The position numbers and the translations under genes are program-made. This document shows, one piece after another, positions 10,836-21,848 of a stretch of DNA of 64,000 nt. The DNA is from Podarcis muralis (Eukaryota): assembly GCF_964188315.1 (NCBI RefSeq), contig NC_135661.1:26598001-26662000 (forward strand), in the 5' to 3' direction. The first letter of the stretch is position 1, and every line of letters begins with the position of its first letter. The notes under the pieces were generated by a model. The model had not been told where the DNA came from. It did not search any database and worked only from the letters and a program-made list of their open reading frames with translations.

Positions 10836-11086
10836 CACTGGCGGACGAAGGTGGGGACGGGGGGGGGGGCGGTCCGCCCCAGGTGCCATCGGGGGTGTGT
10901 GACATCACAAATGCACCCGCCCCCGGGACTTGCGTGCTTGCCATGCATGCCCCCCAACATGCACCCCGCACCCCGCAGGTGGCACACCATGCCACCTGGG
11001 ATGCGCATTATGCCCCCTGGGGTGCACACCAGCCACGCCCCTGGATGTACGCCACCCCGGTGCCGGAACAGGTAGCTTTGCCACTG
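10836..11086. mobile_element. GC-rich hAT-type MITE
   Basis: Ends cactggc.../...gccactg; 8-bp TSD ctctccat/ctccccat; absent from the homologous site in gene C intron 1. Confidence 0.72.
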
Positions 11087-11761
11087 CTCCCCATCCCACC
11101 ATATCTGCACACAGAGCCCACAAAATAGCTTTCAGTGCCTGATGCATATCAGAAAAACACCCAGAGAGGTTTTCCACATCTCCTGGCAGAATTGATTGGG
11201 CATCTTGTTTTGAGGCTTGCAGGAGCTCTGTAGAACAGCATATAAGCAGCCTGTAAAAAAAAACTCCTACTCTGCTACTGTTATCAACTGGTGCTCATTC
11301 TTCATTGCTAGACCATAATCACTCCTGGTTGGATTTTGAGTTGCCACCTCTGTGCTGCATTTTGAGAGCACCTCCCCACCCTGCCAAGGACGGTCTAGTC
11401 TGACCTGCTCTCCAGGCTTCCCATTCAAGCACACCACTTGCTTTGCAGATTCAGACCAGAGGCCAGTCTGCCCAGTGATGTGTCTCTAGGTCCCTAAGGA
11501 GCCTGAATGAACAAGACAAACCCCATGGTTTGTTCCTGGTATCTGACCCTCTGAGAGAGAATGCCTCTGCATGTGGAAATTCTGTTGTTATTTTTATTGC
11601 TCTCCTGGCCAGTAAACTCTTGGCTGAGTTCTCCTTCATTCATAATCTAGATACTCTTTTTCTGAAAGCCATCTAAAGGAGTGGAGGCCAGCCACCTCCA
11701 TGCTCTGTGGCTATGGACCTGGCAATTACATCCTCTTATTTATCCTGAGTTCAACCCATAC

Positions 11762-11804
11762 CCCCGGAGGCCAACGCCAGAGCAGTGAAGAGGACTCCAA
11801 TCAT
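11762..11804 (-). CDS. CELA2A: CELA2-like gene A, exon 1 (signal peptide)
   Basis: ATG-MIGVLFTALALASG followed by G|gtatgg; 40/43 nt identical to exon 1 of gene C. Confidence 0.9.
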
Positions 11805-11863
11805 GACTGAAGGCACCTTGGGTGGAGTGTCCAGCTCTTCTCAACAGATGAACTCCATCCAAT

Positions 11864-11869
11864 CTTATA
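11864..11869 (-). promoter_or_regulatory. TATA-like box of gene A
   Basis: TATAAG about 60 bp upstream of the ATG; same motif and context (cccagaaTATAAG) as in gene C. Confidence 0.6.
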
Positions 11870-12269
11870 TTCTGGGTGGGTCTATCAGAGGCAGATCCAG
11901 CCAAGGATGCCGTCAGCAACAGAAAGGTCCCCATTGGCTGTGTGCCACTGGGAGACGTGGCAACTGGAATGCTTCTGTCTCCTGCTTTCCAAAGGCCATG
12001 CCAAAATAGTCTCACAAGCACCTGTTTTCCCATCAAGGCCATGGCTTTGATGCCTGCTGAAGATGTGTGTGTGGTGGTGCCCTTGGCAGCCTAGTTGAGA
12101 GCAAGCTGGCAAAGCCAGGGCAGACTTTGAGTGCACCCAGTACTGAGACCATGGAGCTGCTGCCACTCAGTGTAAACAATATTGAACTAGATGGACTTCC
12201 TATAAAGGCAGCTTCTTAAAATCATCCTTCTATTTGGAGACCATGAGAACTATAATCTTATTTTATTTG

Positions 12270-12400
12270 GTAGAAAGGGCTCAAAGGTAGAGCACCTGTT
12301 CTGCATGAGGAAATGTCGCAGGTTCAATCCCTGGCATCTCCAGGTATGGCCAAGAAAGATGCCTATCTGAAATTGTGGAGAGCTGCTGCCAGTCCTTAGA
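12270..12400 (+). mobile_element. tRNA-derived SINE fragment in the gene A/CTRC intergenic region
   Basis: gtagagcacctg...aggttcaatccctggcatctccagg; related copies near 24215-24370 (minus) and 62490-62612. Confidence 0.65.
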
Positions 12401-12899
12401 ATATGTGAAATCAGCTGCCTCTGAAAAAGAGTCACAATGCTTGAAATGCATTGGGACAATAAATTGGGACAATAAATCATTCCCACTCGAATGCATCTAT
12501 ATTTATTGCCCCACCCACTTTTCCCTCTGGACTGTGGACCCCGGAAGATGACCCAGAAATTAATGTGCCCCTCAGGCTTCAAAAAGCTTCCCTACCTCTG
12601 ATTTAGATACGTAGATGAAAAATCAGGCTCGTTTCCAGAATGAAAGCCACCCTAGAAGCAATTTTTGTTGCTGCTTAAAAGAAAATTTAAGCTTAAAATA
12701 AAAGGGGGAGGTCTCAGGCCTGTGCAAAGGACTTGAACAACACCCCTGCTGTGAGATGTCTCAGCAACCAGAGTGTGGGATCCAGTCAGGTCCTTCGAAC
12801 AAGCTGTCCCCTTGTTCTTTCTATTTGCAAAGCGATAACTTGGCAAGGTCAGATATAGCCTGTTATTTAAGCCTGGTTTAGGTCAAGGCTGGTTTCCAT

Positions 12900-12907
12900 T
12901 ATAAATA
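12900..12907 (+). promoter_or_regulatory. TATA box of CTRC
   Basis: TATAAATA about 40 bp upstream of the ATG. Confidence 0.75.
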
Positions 12908-12945
12908 CACTGACTTCACCCCTGGATCACCATCACTCGGTCACC

Positions 12946-12985
12946 ATGTTCAAGTTGGTCTTCATCGCTTTGATCCTGGGCTACG
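12946..12985 (+). CDS. CTRC: Chymotrypsin C, exon 1
   Basis: 40 bp; MFKLVFIALILGY G|gtaag. Confidence 0.9.
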
Positions 12986-13665
12986 GTAAGTGTCTTTGGT
13001 GCAGTTAAGTTGGGGCTGTTTGGAATGCAATTCGTCTTTTCATTGATAACAAGTCTCAGCCCAGCCCAAAATAGTTCTTTGGAAATGCAATGAATTCAGT
13101 TTCTTGTCTCTGGTGAAGTAGCCTCTCTCTCCAAGATGAGCTTCATCGTGGGTTCAAGAGCATACAAATTTGCACAAAATGAACATAACTTTGGAACTCC
13201 CTGCATATCAGGGAACAGCTTTCACTGTACTCTTTTCGGCGCTGGCTGAAAACGTTTTGCTTAGGCAAACCTACCGAGACACGTAGACCATTGACACATG
13301 CTTAATCTGGTCTTTAGCTTATCATTGATTTTAATTAATTTTTTTTGACGATTTAAAATGGTTCTACTTTTTTAATGATGATTTCATTTTTATTCTTTTT
13401 GTAAACTTCTTTTAGGTAGTTTACAATCAAGCAATATATAAATTAAGAAATAAACAAAATAAATAGCCTCTGGTAGCTTTTTTTTAAAAAGGATGCTTCT
13501 GCCGAAAAGCCATGAACAGATTCATTAAACCAATAATGGGCAATACCAGTGTGTCCAGCTCTGGCTCCCTTGTGGTACCCAAGATGCTCATCTCAGTCTC
13601 TGTCTCTCTCCTCCCTCTCCCTAATTTTCTCTTTCATCACCCCCACGCCTGCTGTCGTCTTCCAG

Positions 13666-13754
13666 CCCACGGCTGTGGCAAATCTGCTTATCCACCCAAC
13701 ATTTCCCGTGTTGTCGGAGGTGAGGACGCCAGACCCCATAGCTGGCCCTGGCAG
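13666..13754 (+). CDS. CTRC: Chymotrypsin C, exon 2
   Basis: 89 bp; [14 protein letters not shown]|[15 protein letters not shown]. Confidence 0.93.
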
Positions 13755-14273
13755 GTAAATCCGCAATGTTTTTCCCCCACGTGCGGTGCAAGCGTCACGT
13801 TTGCTTTTTAGGAGGGGAGAAATGGCCCAGTGTCGTCCTGCGGAACATCTTGCCACCAGAAGTGGCTGCAGGTTCTGAAGTTCCCAGGCCCAGCCATGAA
13901 CAGGAAGATTATCACAACCTGATAGCAGAGTGGATGATCCAGCACGGTGGGCTGGATCTAAATGCTGAAGGGGAGAAATGGTTTGTCGGCTGCTGCCGCT
14001 GCCTCCCATCTCCAGCTTTGGAGGAGAGACAGTCACTACCTCTCAGCCCAACCTACCTCGCAGGGTTGGTGTGTGGATGAAATGGGGAAGGCTGCAAAAC
14101 CAGGCATGCTGCCTTGAATTGTTGGGGATATAAATGCAGTGAATTGATATATAAGAAACGTCAAGGTGTGAGGCCAATATTGTGGCAAAGATACCAGGTC
14201 GACACATCAAAATATTTGTTCTTGACCCATACAGCTAACAGCCATCTGCCTTGGGGGTGGGTTTGCTTTTCAG

Positions 14274-14371
14274 GTCTCCCTCCAGTACGACAAGAATGGC
14301 GTCTGGGCTCACACATGTGGAGGAACCCTGATTGAGTCCAACTGGGTCTTGACAGCTGCTCATTGCATCAG
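14274..14371 (+). CDS. CTRC: Chymotrypsin C, exon 3
   Basis: 98 bp; [32 protein letters not shown]. Confidence 0.93.
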
Positions 14372-15096
14372 GTAAGCTGTACCCCACCAACAGCAAGGAT
14401 GCTGCAGAAACCCATCAGGCTGCAATGGTCCTGAGGCTGCAGTGGAGCGGTTGCCTAGTAATACTGGAACACCCACATATTCCCGAAAACATTGCCATAT
14501 TCCCAAAAGTGAAAATCTGGACAAAGTTGTTGAGCATTTTTTGGGAGGGATCTCCCCCTCCCCATTTATGTTTTTGGACTTTTTTGGGGGGGTTATAAAA
14601 GCATTTTTAAAAAAACCAAAAAACTGCCCTACTTGCCACATGTACAGGTTTTCCCAGACATTTTGCCGATTCAGCAAAAACCCACCTGAATGACTTTTTG
14701 CAGCCCGATTCGTGGATGTGTCCTGGAAAACACGGACATATGGCAGCTCTACACACACTACCATTCAGATTTCCTTGTTTCACATCGGTGTGCTCCGCTG
14801 AACCCTGAGCCTAACCTTTTAGACTTAATTTTTTAAATTAAAAAAATTGCAAAATGGGCAAGCAGGAGGTCACTTTTTTGTGACATAATTTCAGAACTTG
14901 TTCAGAATGGCCACTGGATTTTTCTGGATGGAAGGAGTCTATAAGATCCCTCTGTTCAAGCTGAAAAAAATACCAACAAAATCACGCTGCACTCTCAGGC
15001 CAAGAGCACTTTGTTTGACATGTCCCATAGAACCAAAAGTGGTTCATTCATAGCTCATCACTGCTAATGAGAATTTTGCAAATATGGGGTAGGAGA

Positions 15097-15150
15097 TCTG
15101 GGATAGCTCACTCGGTCAAACATGGGGCTCTTAATCTCAGGGTCATGGGT
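15097..15150 (+). pseudogene. tRNA-Lys(CTT)-like fragment or SINE head
   Basis: gatagctcactcggtc...ctcttaatctcagggtcatgggt resembles tRNA-Lys; T arm and 3' end absent. Confidence 0.6.
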
Positions 15151-15217
15151 GCAAAAGGGTGTGAGTGGTAAGTTTTATTTCTTTATACACACAATCAAAT
15201 GTCTTTCAATAAAATGT

Positions 15218-15640
15218 TGGTTTTATTTATTTCATAAAAATTTATACACTCCATGACTGTAAAAAAACGCAACAACCTTCAAAGCAGTTTACAAAGAGGG
15301 GGAGAAAAACAATAAAATTTTGATTTAAAAACAACGATTTAAAACATTCATAAAATTTAAATTGGCAATAAACTAAAAACAGATTAAAAGACACACCAAC
15401 ATTCTTCATAGCTGGGTAGGCTTGTCTCAGCAAAAATGTTTTAAACAGGTGCTGGGAAGAGTACAGCAAAGGAAGATGCCTAGTGTCAATAGGCAGGGAG
15501 TTCCACAGTGTAGGTGCTGCCACACTAAAAGATTGATCAGATGGAACAGATATTATGTGGTGCTTACAACAGTGCCAGTTCCGTGGATCAAAGCAGTCAA
15601 CTGGGTAAGGGCATTTTGCAGGTAAACTAGTCCTAAACTG
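15218..15640 (-). mobile_element. L2-type LINE 3' fragment
   Basis: FSVAAPTLWNSLP...FKTFLLRQAY followed by an A-rich tail; related copy at about 35470-36200. Confidence 0.7.
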
Positions 15641-15829
15641 CAAACACATTGAACTTGGCCCAGTAATAACACACAGACGCACACACCCTACCAAAAGACC
15701 CTGCTCATTTCTAGGAGGACAAAATACTCAGTGTACGAATGAAGGAAGCTGTTGGGAAGGCATCAAGGAATCTGCATTTCATTTGATATTCACACACACA
15801 ACGCCACTGCCTGTTCCTTATGTCTGTAG

Positions 15830-15952
15830 CTCCAGTCGGACTTACCGCGTCCTTTTGGGCAAACAAAACCTGGAAGTAGAGGAGGCCGGCTCTGTGGCTG
15901 TTGCTGTGGAAAAGTTGATCGTCCACGAGAAGTGGAACTCCTTCTTGGTCAT
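15830..15952 (+). CDS. CTRC: Chymotrypsin C, exon 4
   Basis: 123 bp; [41 protein letters not shown]; the short loop before Asp102 is CTRC-like. Confidence 0.93.
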
Positions 15953-17034
15953 GTAAGTTGACGTGGGATCCAGAGAGTCAGGCGAGAGCTGCCCAAGTCC
16001 TGATCCTGCCAAAATAATTCCTGCCGGTATCTGGCTTTGCTAGTGGGAGAAATCACATAGAAACTTGAGTGTGTTGCTGTTGTTGTTTTGGTGTGTGTGT
16101 GTCTGCTTACGGGATGACCTATTAAATTGGTTTGCCATTGCTGACAGGCAAATTACCAGCACTGCCTTAAGACATACGATGATGGCTGTGTTGGGAATAT
16201 TCCATTCCACCTTAAGGAGCAGACATGGAACTGTTGCGTGTCACATGTCTGTTTACATTCCAGCACAGCTTGCTGGAAACTTCCCTTGTGTGTATAGCTT
16301 TTGCTTTTCTCTGTCTCTCCGAGAAGGCAAAGAGAGATACAATATGTTTCTTTGTCCTGATTTATGATTAATAAATCCGTAGTTGTAGTATGCTTCCACA
16401 AGCCTCACGCCTATTCTGTGTGCGCAGTTTGCTCAGCTGATATAGTGTGCCCTGGCTTTGAAGCCTGGGTCACTGATTTACTTCGGAGCAGAGGCTGATG
16501 GGTCTTTGCAGTGGGACCGCTGGAAGGAGACAACTCAGCTGGGGATAGCAACCCTCTTCATGCCAACAGGCTACTGGCTTAGAGAACTTGAAAAGTGGAT
16601 TTAACAAATGCAGGCACTGTTGCAGAAATGGCGTGCCTTTTTTTCCTGACAAGAGTTGCCTTTCCTGGGGGTATTCTGCTGCATGGGTGTATACGCTCAG
16701 GCCAGGTGGCATCAGTCATTTCTCTCTTTCTTCCACCCCTTTTCTCTCTCTTTTTGCCACCCTTCCCTGTCCTTTTCCTGACACCCCCTTCTCTCTCTCT
16801 TCTCCTGTCTCTCAATCTCTCGTTCTCTCCCCCCCCCCGCCATCCATCATTCAGCAAGCTGCCAGGGGAAGAACAGATCTCACCGTCTTGGGTTGGTGGC
16901 AGTTGCGGTCCAAACATCTGGAGGCCATGAGGTTGGGGAAGGCCGGAGAATATTAAGTTTGACTCCTCTGGGTGAAAAGCTGCTTTTGAAAACCAAAACA
17001 TAGACCTCTGTCCCCTCTTGGCTTCGCTTTTCAG

Positions 17035-17171
17035 CAACGACATTGCCCTCCTCAAACTGGCCGAGCATGTGCAGTTCAGTGACACGATCCAGGCCTCTTG
17101 CCTCCCTGCCGCAGATGCCGTGCTAGCCCAGGATTACCCCTGCTACATCACTGGATGGGGACGACTCTGGA
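17035..17171 (+). CDS. CTRC: Chymotrypsin C, exon 5
   Basis: 137 bp; [45 protein letters not shown]. Confidence 0.94.
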
Positions 17172-18244
17172 GTAAGTTGGGTGATCCCTGTCCTGGGCGT
17201 GAGCATTCTGGAAACAGCTGGACAAAGACCTTAGGGGTTGCATCCAGTGCCAGTCCTACTGAGAGCAGACCTATTGAGGTTCATGAACACTACTAACTTA
17301 TGTTCATTCACTTCAGTGGGTCTACTCTGAGTACAAGTTCAGTTGGATACAAGGTACCAAAGCTCCCCCAGAACGTCTCGAAGGATTCTTCTATGTACAC
17401 GAAGAAGGAGGCTCGCTTTTCGTAGCTCAGTGTCTGTGTTGTGTGCCTGCCTTGAAGAAGATGGGATGAATCTGTCAATTTGAGTTTCTCTCAGTTTCTC
17501 GTTTTTACAGTCTTAAATTCAGTGTTCCACATTTCCGCATCAGTTTGCAAATTTCTTTTTTTTTTTTAATACCTATGGAAAACAATCAGCATTTTAGAGT
17601 GAATTTCTCTTAAGACACACATTCTTGGATGGAATTTCCCCTTACATACACATTTATTTCTTTTACAAAACAATTTCCCCCAACAGAATACATATGTCTG
17701 TGTTGTTTTTACTAATCTATGCATTTTATACAAACTTTCTCCTAAGGTACACTTTTTTTGCACACCGCTTGTTTGGAGAACTATAATACAACTTTCAATT
17801 AAGTGTGAATACTGAAGAGTAGCTGTGTTTCAGTCTGCCTATTGATTCAGAAAATGCAAATTAGATAAGTTTGCATTGAAATCCAAACCAAGCCAAGTTC
17901 CTCCTCATCCCTACTCTTAAGGGTCTCTCTGTTGACTGTGTGTCTGTGAGTTAAGGGTGCATGATTGCGGGCTTTCTGGTCCACACAGGAGGGGGGGCTA
18001 GTCCCACCTACTTTTGAAATGTCCCCAACAGCACCCCAATGAGTAATGCGACCCTCTGCCCAAAAGAAGGTTCCCCACTATTCATGCAGAGTTGCCAGCT
18101 TTTGATTTCATAAATTCAGGTAGCCTGGCAAAGGCCAGATGGCAGATCAAAGTGGGATACGGGGTCAAGCAGGTTGTGTGTAAATGTGGTTTTGACTCTT
18201 TGGGAAAGACTCCTTACCACTCTCCTGTCTGTTACACTCTGCAG

Positions 18245-18390
18245 CCAATGGCCCCATCTCTGACAACCTTCAGCAGGCCTTGCTTCCTGTGGTAGATCAT
18301 CAGACTTGCACCAAATGGGACTGGTGGGGCTCCATGGTCAAGACCACAATGCTGTGCGCAGGAGGCGATGGTGTCGTTTCAGGATGCAAT
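18245..18390 (+). CDS. CTRC: Chymotrypsin C, exon 6
   Basis: 146 bp; [48 protein letters not shown]. Confidence 0.94.
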
Positions 18391-19398
18391 GTAAGTCTCC
18401 CCATACCCTTCCTTCCTCATAAAGCCTTCCCTACTTTCTCACTCTGAAGAAGGTTGCTTGTGGTTTCACTTAGTTTGCACATTTTTCTCCATGAAAACGA
18501 ACAATGGTCCTTGCTTGAATTCCGGCTCAGTCCAAGTGACCCTTGCCAAGCCACTTAGGTACTTAGGAAGTTGTGTTAGCAAACCTTTGCAGCTTGGGTG
18601 AATTAGATTGGAATAATCACTTACCATTTCTGGAGTTCAAAGGCTTTATTCATGCAGGAACTGTTCGTGGAATGTGTGAAGACAAGACAGAGAAAATAAG
18701 AGACATATTGTATGGAGAGAGCAACAAACAAAATGGCTCAGCTTTTAGGGATGGAGTTAACTTAGGCATAGAAGCTACAAGCTAGTGCTGGCTAGAATGC
18801 TACACAACCAGTTTCCTCTGGTGGCTAAAGTAAAACATGCATTAGTTAGAAGTGCAGGAGAAGGAAATGAATTTGCTTTTCTCCAGCATTTATAATGTGC
18901 TTTAAACGTATGGTGTGTATGCAGGGATGGAGAAACAAGGTGTGTGGGACTCTTTTTAAGGGGATTTGGATAGTGGCAGGGGTGAATGGGGCCAAAGGAC
19001 AGGGAGAACATATGGGAGAAATATTGGATGCAAACATCAACCCTGAAAGCCCAACCTACAAGTTGCACTGCAGACAGAAATTCAAATAGTTTGAGAACTC
19101 GTGTAAGGCAGGGATGGGGAATATGTGCCCCTCCATCACACACTAACACTCCAGATATTGTTGAACTGCCATCATTCCCAGCCAGCCTGGCCAATGTTCA
19201 GGGATGATGGGGGGGTTGTGGTCCAGCAACATCTGGAGAGCCACAGATTCAGCCTGCATAAAACAGACACACAGACCTATGGACTCTGTCAAGCACAGAA
19301 GTGAGCTTTGTCAGATCAGGACTCCACTTCCATTTTGCCCTGCCCTTGGATCATAATAGGGAAACGGAGGTATATGCATCCTGTTTTTCTTCTGGCAG

Positions 19399-19548
19399 GG
19401 GGATTCTGGAGGACCCTTGAACTGCCAAGGCGGAAGCAACTGGGAAGTTCATGGCATTGTGAGCTTTGGATCAGGGTTGGGCTGCAACACCGCTAAGAAG
19501 CCGACCGTTTTCACCCGTGTGTCTTCTTACATTGATTGGATTCAGCAG
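19399..19548 (+). CDS. CTRC: Chymotrypsin C, exon 7 (catalytic Ser)
   Basis: 150 bp; [50 protein letters not shown]. Confidence 0.94.
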
Positions 19549-20379
19549 GTGAGGTTCCCGTCTTTTGCCCAGCAAAGTTGCAATGGTCTGGATTGCTTAA
19601 TTCATACCTGTGCAGCTGACTTTTCTTTTCCAATCTTGGAAATGTTAACATCTAGCGTCTGCATAATTTCTTGTTCAGAACTCAAAAGAGTTCTCAGTGT
19701 CCAAATGCTGAAATCCAGCATTTGTGTTTTGTTAGAAACTGAGAAGTATATTTTATCATTTCATTGGGAGCAGTTTGGGAGTGGCATTCCAGCTTTAGGG
19801 CACAGTAGATGGTCCCCAGTCAAATCTTCAACCTTTTGGCATATTCTGGTTTTATTTTTTATTTATTTTTTATTTTTGAGGGGGGGAGATTCAGTCCAAA
19901 TGATTAATTGACACACTTAACTGGGAGTAACCCCATTTGAATGTTGGCATGGCTTTTAATCTGTTTTCAGCTTATTGTTGATTTTAATTAACCTTTGCGT
20001 ATTTTAAATAGCTTTTTTGGGGGGGTTATTCTTACTGATTATTATATTGTTTTCTTTTTGCTTAAGGGTATTTTAAAAAAAAACAATCAAGAGGGTATTA
20101 AAAAATTATTAAATAAATAAATAAGGTAATTGAGCTTTGGTTCCATTGACCCCACTGGGATTTTAAGTCATGACTTACTGTAAGTCTCATTTTCATCGGG
20201 GGCCAAAATCCCCACACTAAAATGCAGAAGGGGCATTTGGCCGGCTATGGTCTAGGAACAAAGACTGAGTTCAGCAAGCTGTTTGCATCTGGACCATCTT
20301 GGCTATTATTGTATCCTGATATCTAAATTCTAATGCCCAAATTCACATATATATATATTTTTGGTCTCTTTTCCTCTAG

Positions 20380-20397
20380 AAACTGAATGAGAACTGA
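20380..20397 (+). CDS. CTRC: Chymotrypsin C, exon 8
   Basis: Polypyrimidine tract-AG, then KLNEN*; AATAAA downstream. Confidence 0.85.
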   Translation, partial: KLNEN

Positions 20398-20440
20398 AGA
20401 GCCCACACTGTGACCTTGTGGATCAATATGAGAACATCTT

Positions 20441-20469
20441 AATAAACCACCAGAACTGCAACCAATAAA
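20441..20469 (+). terminator. CTRC poly(A) signals
   Basis: AATAAA at 20441-20446 and 20464-20469. Confidence 0.7.
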
Positions 20470-21635
20470 CTGTCACAACTGCTCTCATGTCAATGCATTG
20501 TGTTTTTTTCCTGCTCTCACTTGAAATGCTTGGAATCACTCACACTGGTTGGGGTGCAGAATCTTTTTTGAGTCCAAAGACTGCATTTCTTTCTGGGCAT
20601 CATTCTGGAGGGCCGCATGTCAAGGCTGGGGAGGGCCAGAGGCATAAGTAGGTGGAGCAATGGGTGCGAATTTTACCTTTGAACAACAGGCTAATTTCCG
20701 TGTGTAACACTCTCTCCCCTGCATCCAGAAAAGTGAGAGATATTGTCAGAGTGCATGGAAACATTGCAGGCAGACAAATGCACTCAAGGAGAGCACAAAG
20801 CAGGGGGTGGCCTTGGGAGAGTTCTGAGATCCAGAGATCCAGTGGGTCACATTCAGCTCCCAGGCCCGAGGCATCCTTCCCTACCTCCCCAGTTTACACC
20901 CTTTCCAGTTCACAGGTGAAAAACTGGAAGCCTCTTCTTGGGCATATACTTCAGCTGACCCTATATACCACAATCTGTCCCTCTTTTCTCATTGACTGTA
21001 TATCAATGCCATCGAATCGCAGTCAGTGAAATTATGGGGCCAAATGACCCACCTCTGAATGGCGCTAATGGAAAGCAGGATGAACCCAGGGCAGTGACTC
21101 ATCCAGAGACCCAATGGGCAGCCTCCTTTGTGACTGGATGGCACTGGGTTCAAAGGACCATTTCTTACTTGAACGCCTTGATTTCTTACAGTGCACAAGG
21201 GCAGCTTCTTTTCAGCACGGCTGTCTCGCTCCAGCAAACAGCTTGGGCATTCACTGAATTGCGGAGTTGGAAGGGACCCCAAGTCTAGCCCAACTCTCTG
21301 CAATGCAGGAATCGGACGACTTTGGAAAGTCTAAGCAAGAGGGGATGTTACTCCATAATTGTACGTGGTTGTCAAGTACATAATCCTACCCTTCGTCCTG
21401 AAAAAAAGAACCAATTGAAAGAGTTTCATTTGGAAGAAAGGGGAGGAAGGGAGGGGGGAGGGAGAGAGAGAGAGAGAAAGAGAGAGGGAGGAAGGGGAGG
21501 ATAGAGTGTGTGCACCCAAATATCTAAATGGCAAGAGGCTCCTGGCATGCCTGCATTTACTCAGGGTTTAGTTTCCTTGGAATAAAGGTCAGCAAAGTGA
21601 TATGTTTTTAGGCTATATGGTTTTATCTAGACATA

Positions 21636-21848
21636 CAGTGGTACCTCTAGTTATGAACTCCATTCGTTCCGGAGGTCCGTTCTTAACCTGAAACTGTTCT
21701 TCACTTGAGGCGTGCTTTCGCAAATGGGGCCTCTTGCTGCTGTTGTGCCGTCAGCACACAATTTCCGTTCTCATCCTGGGGCAAAGTTCTCAACTCAAGG
21801 TAATTCTTCCAGGTTAGCCTGAGGCATTTGTAACTCGAGGTACCACTG
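21636..21848. mobile_element. Mariner-type MITE
   Basis: TA|cagtggtacctc...gaggtaccactg|TA. Confidence 0.88.

Noticed and set aside
10702-11177. Cluster of overlapping ORFs in several frames
   Set aside because: Explained by a GC-rich, stop-poor MITE with TSD that is absent from the paralog
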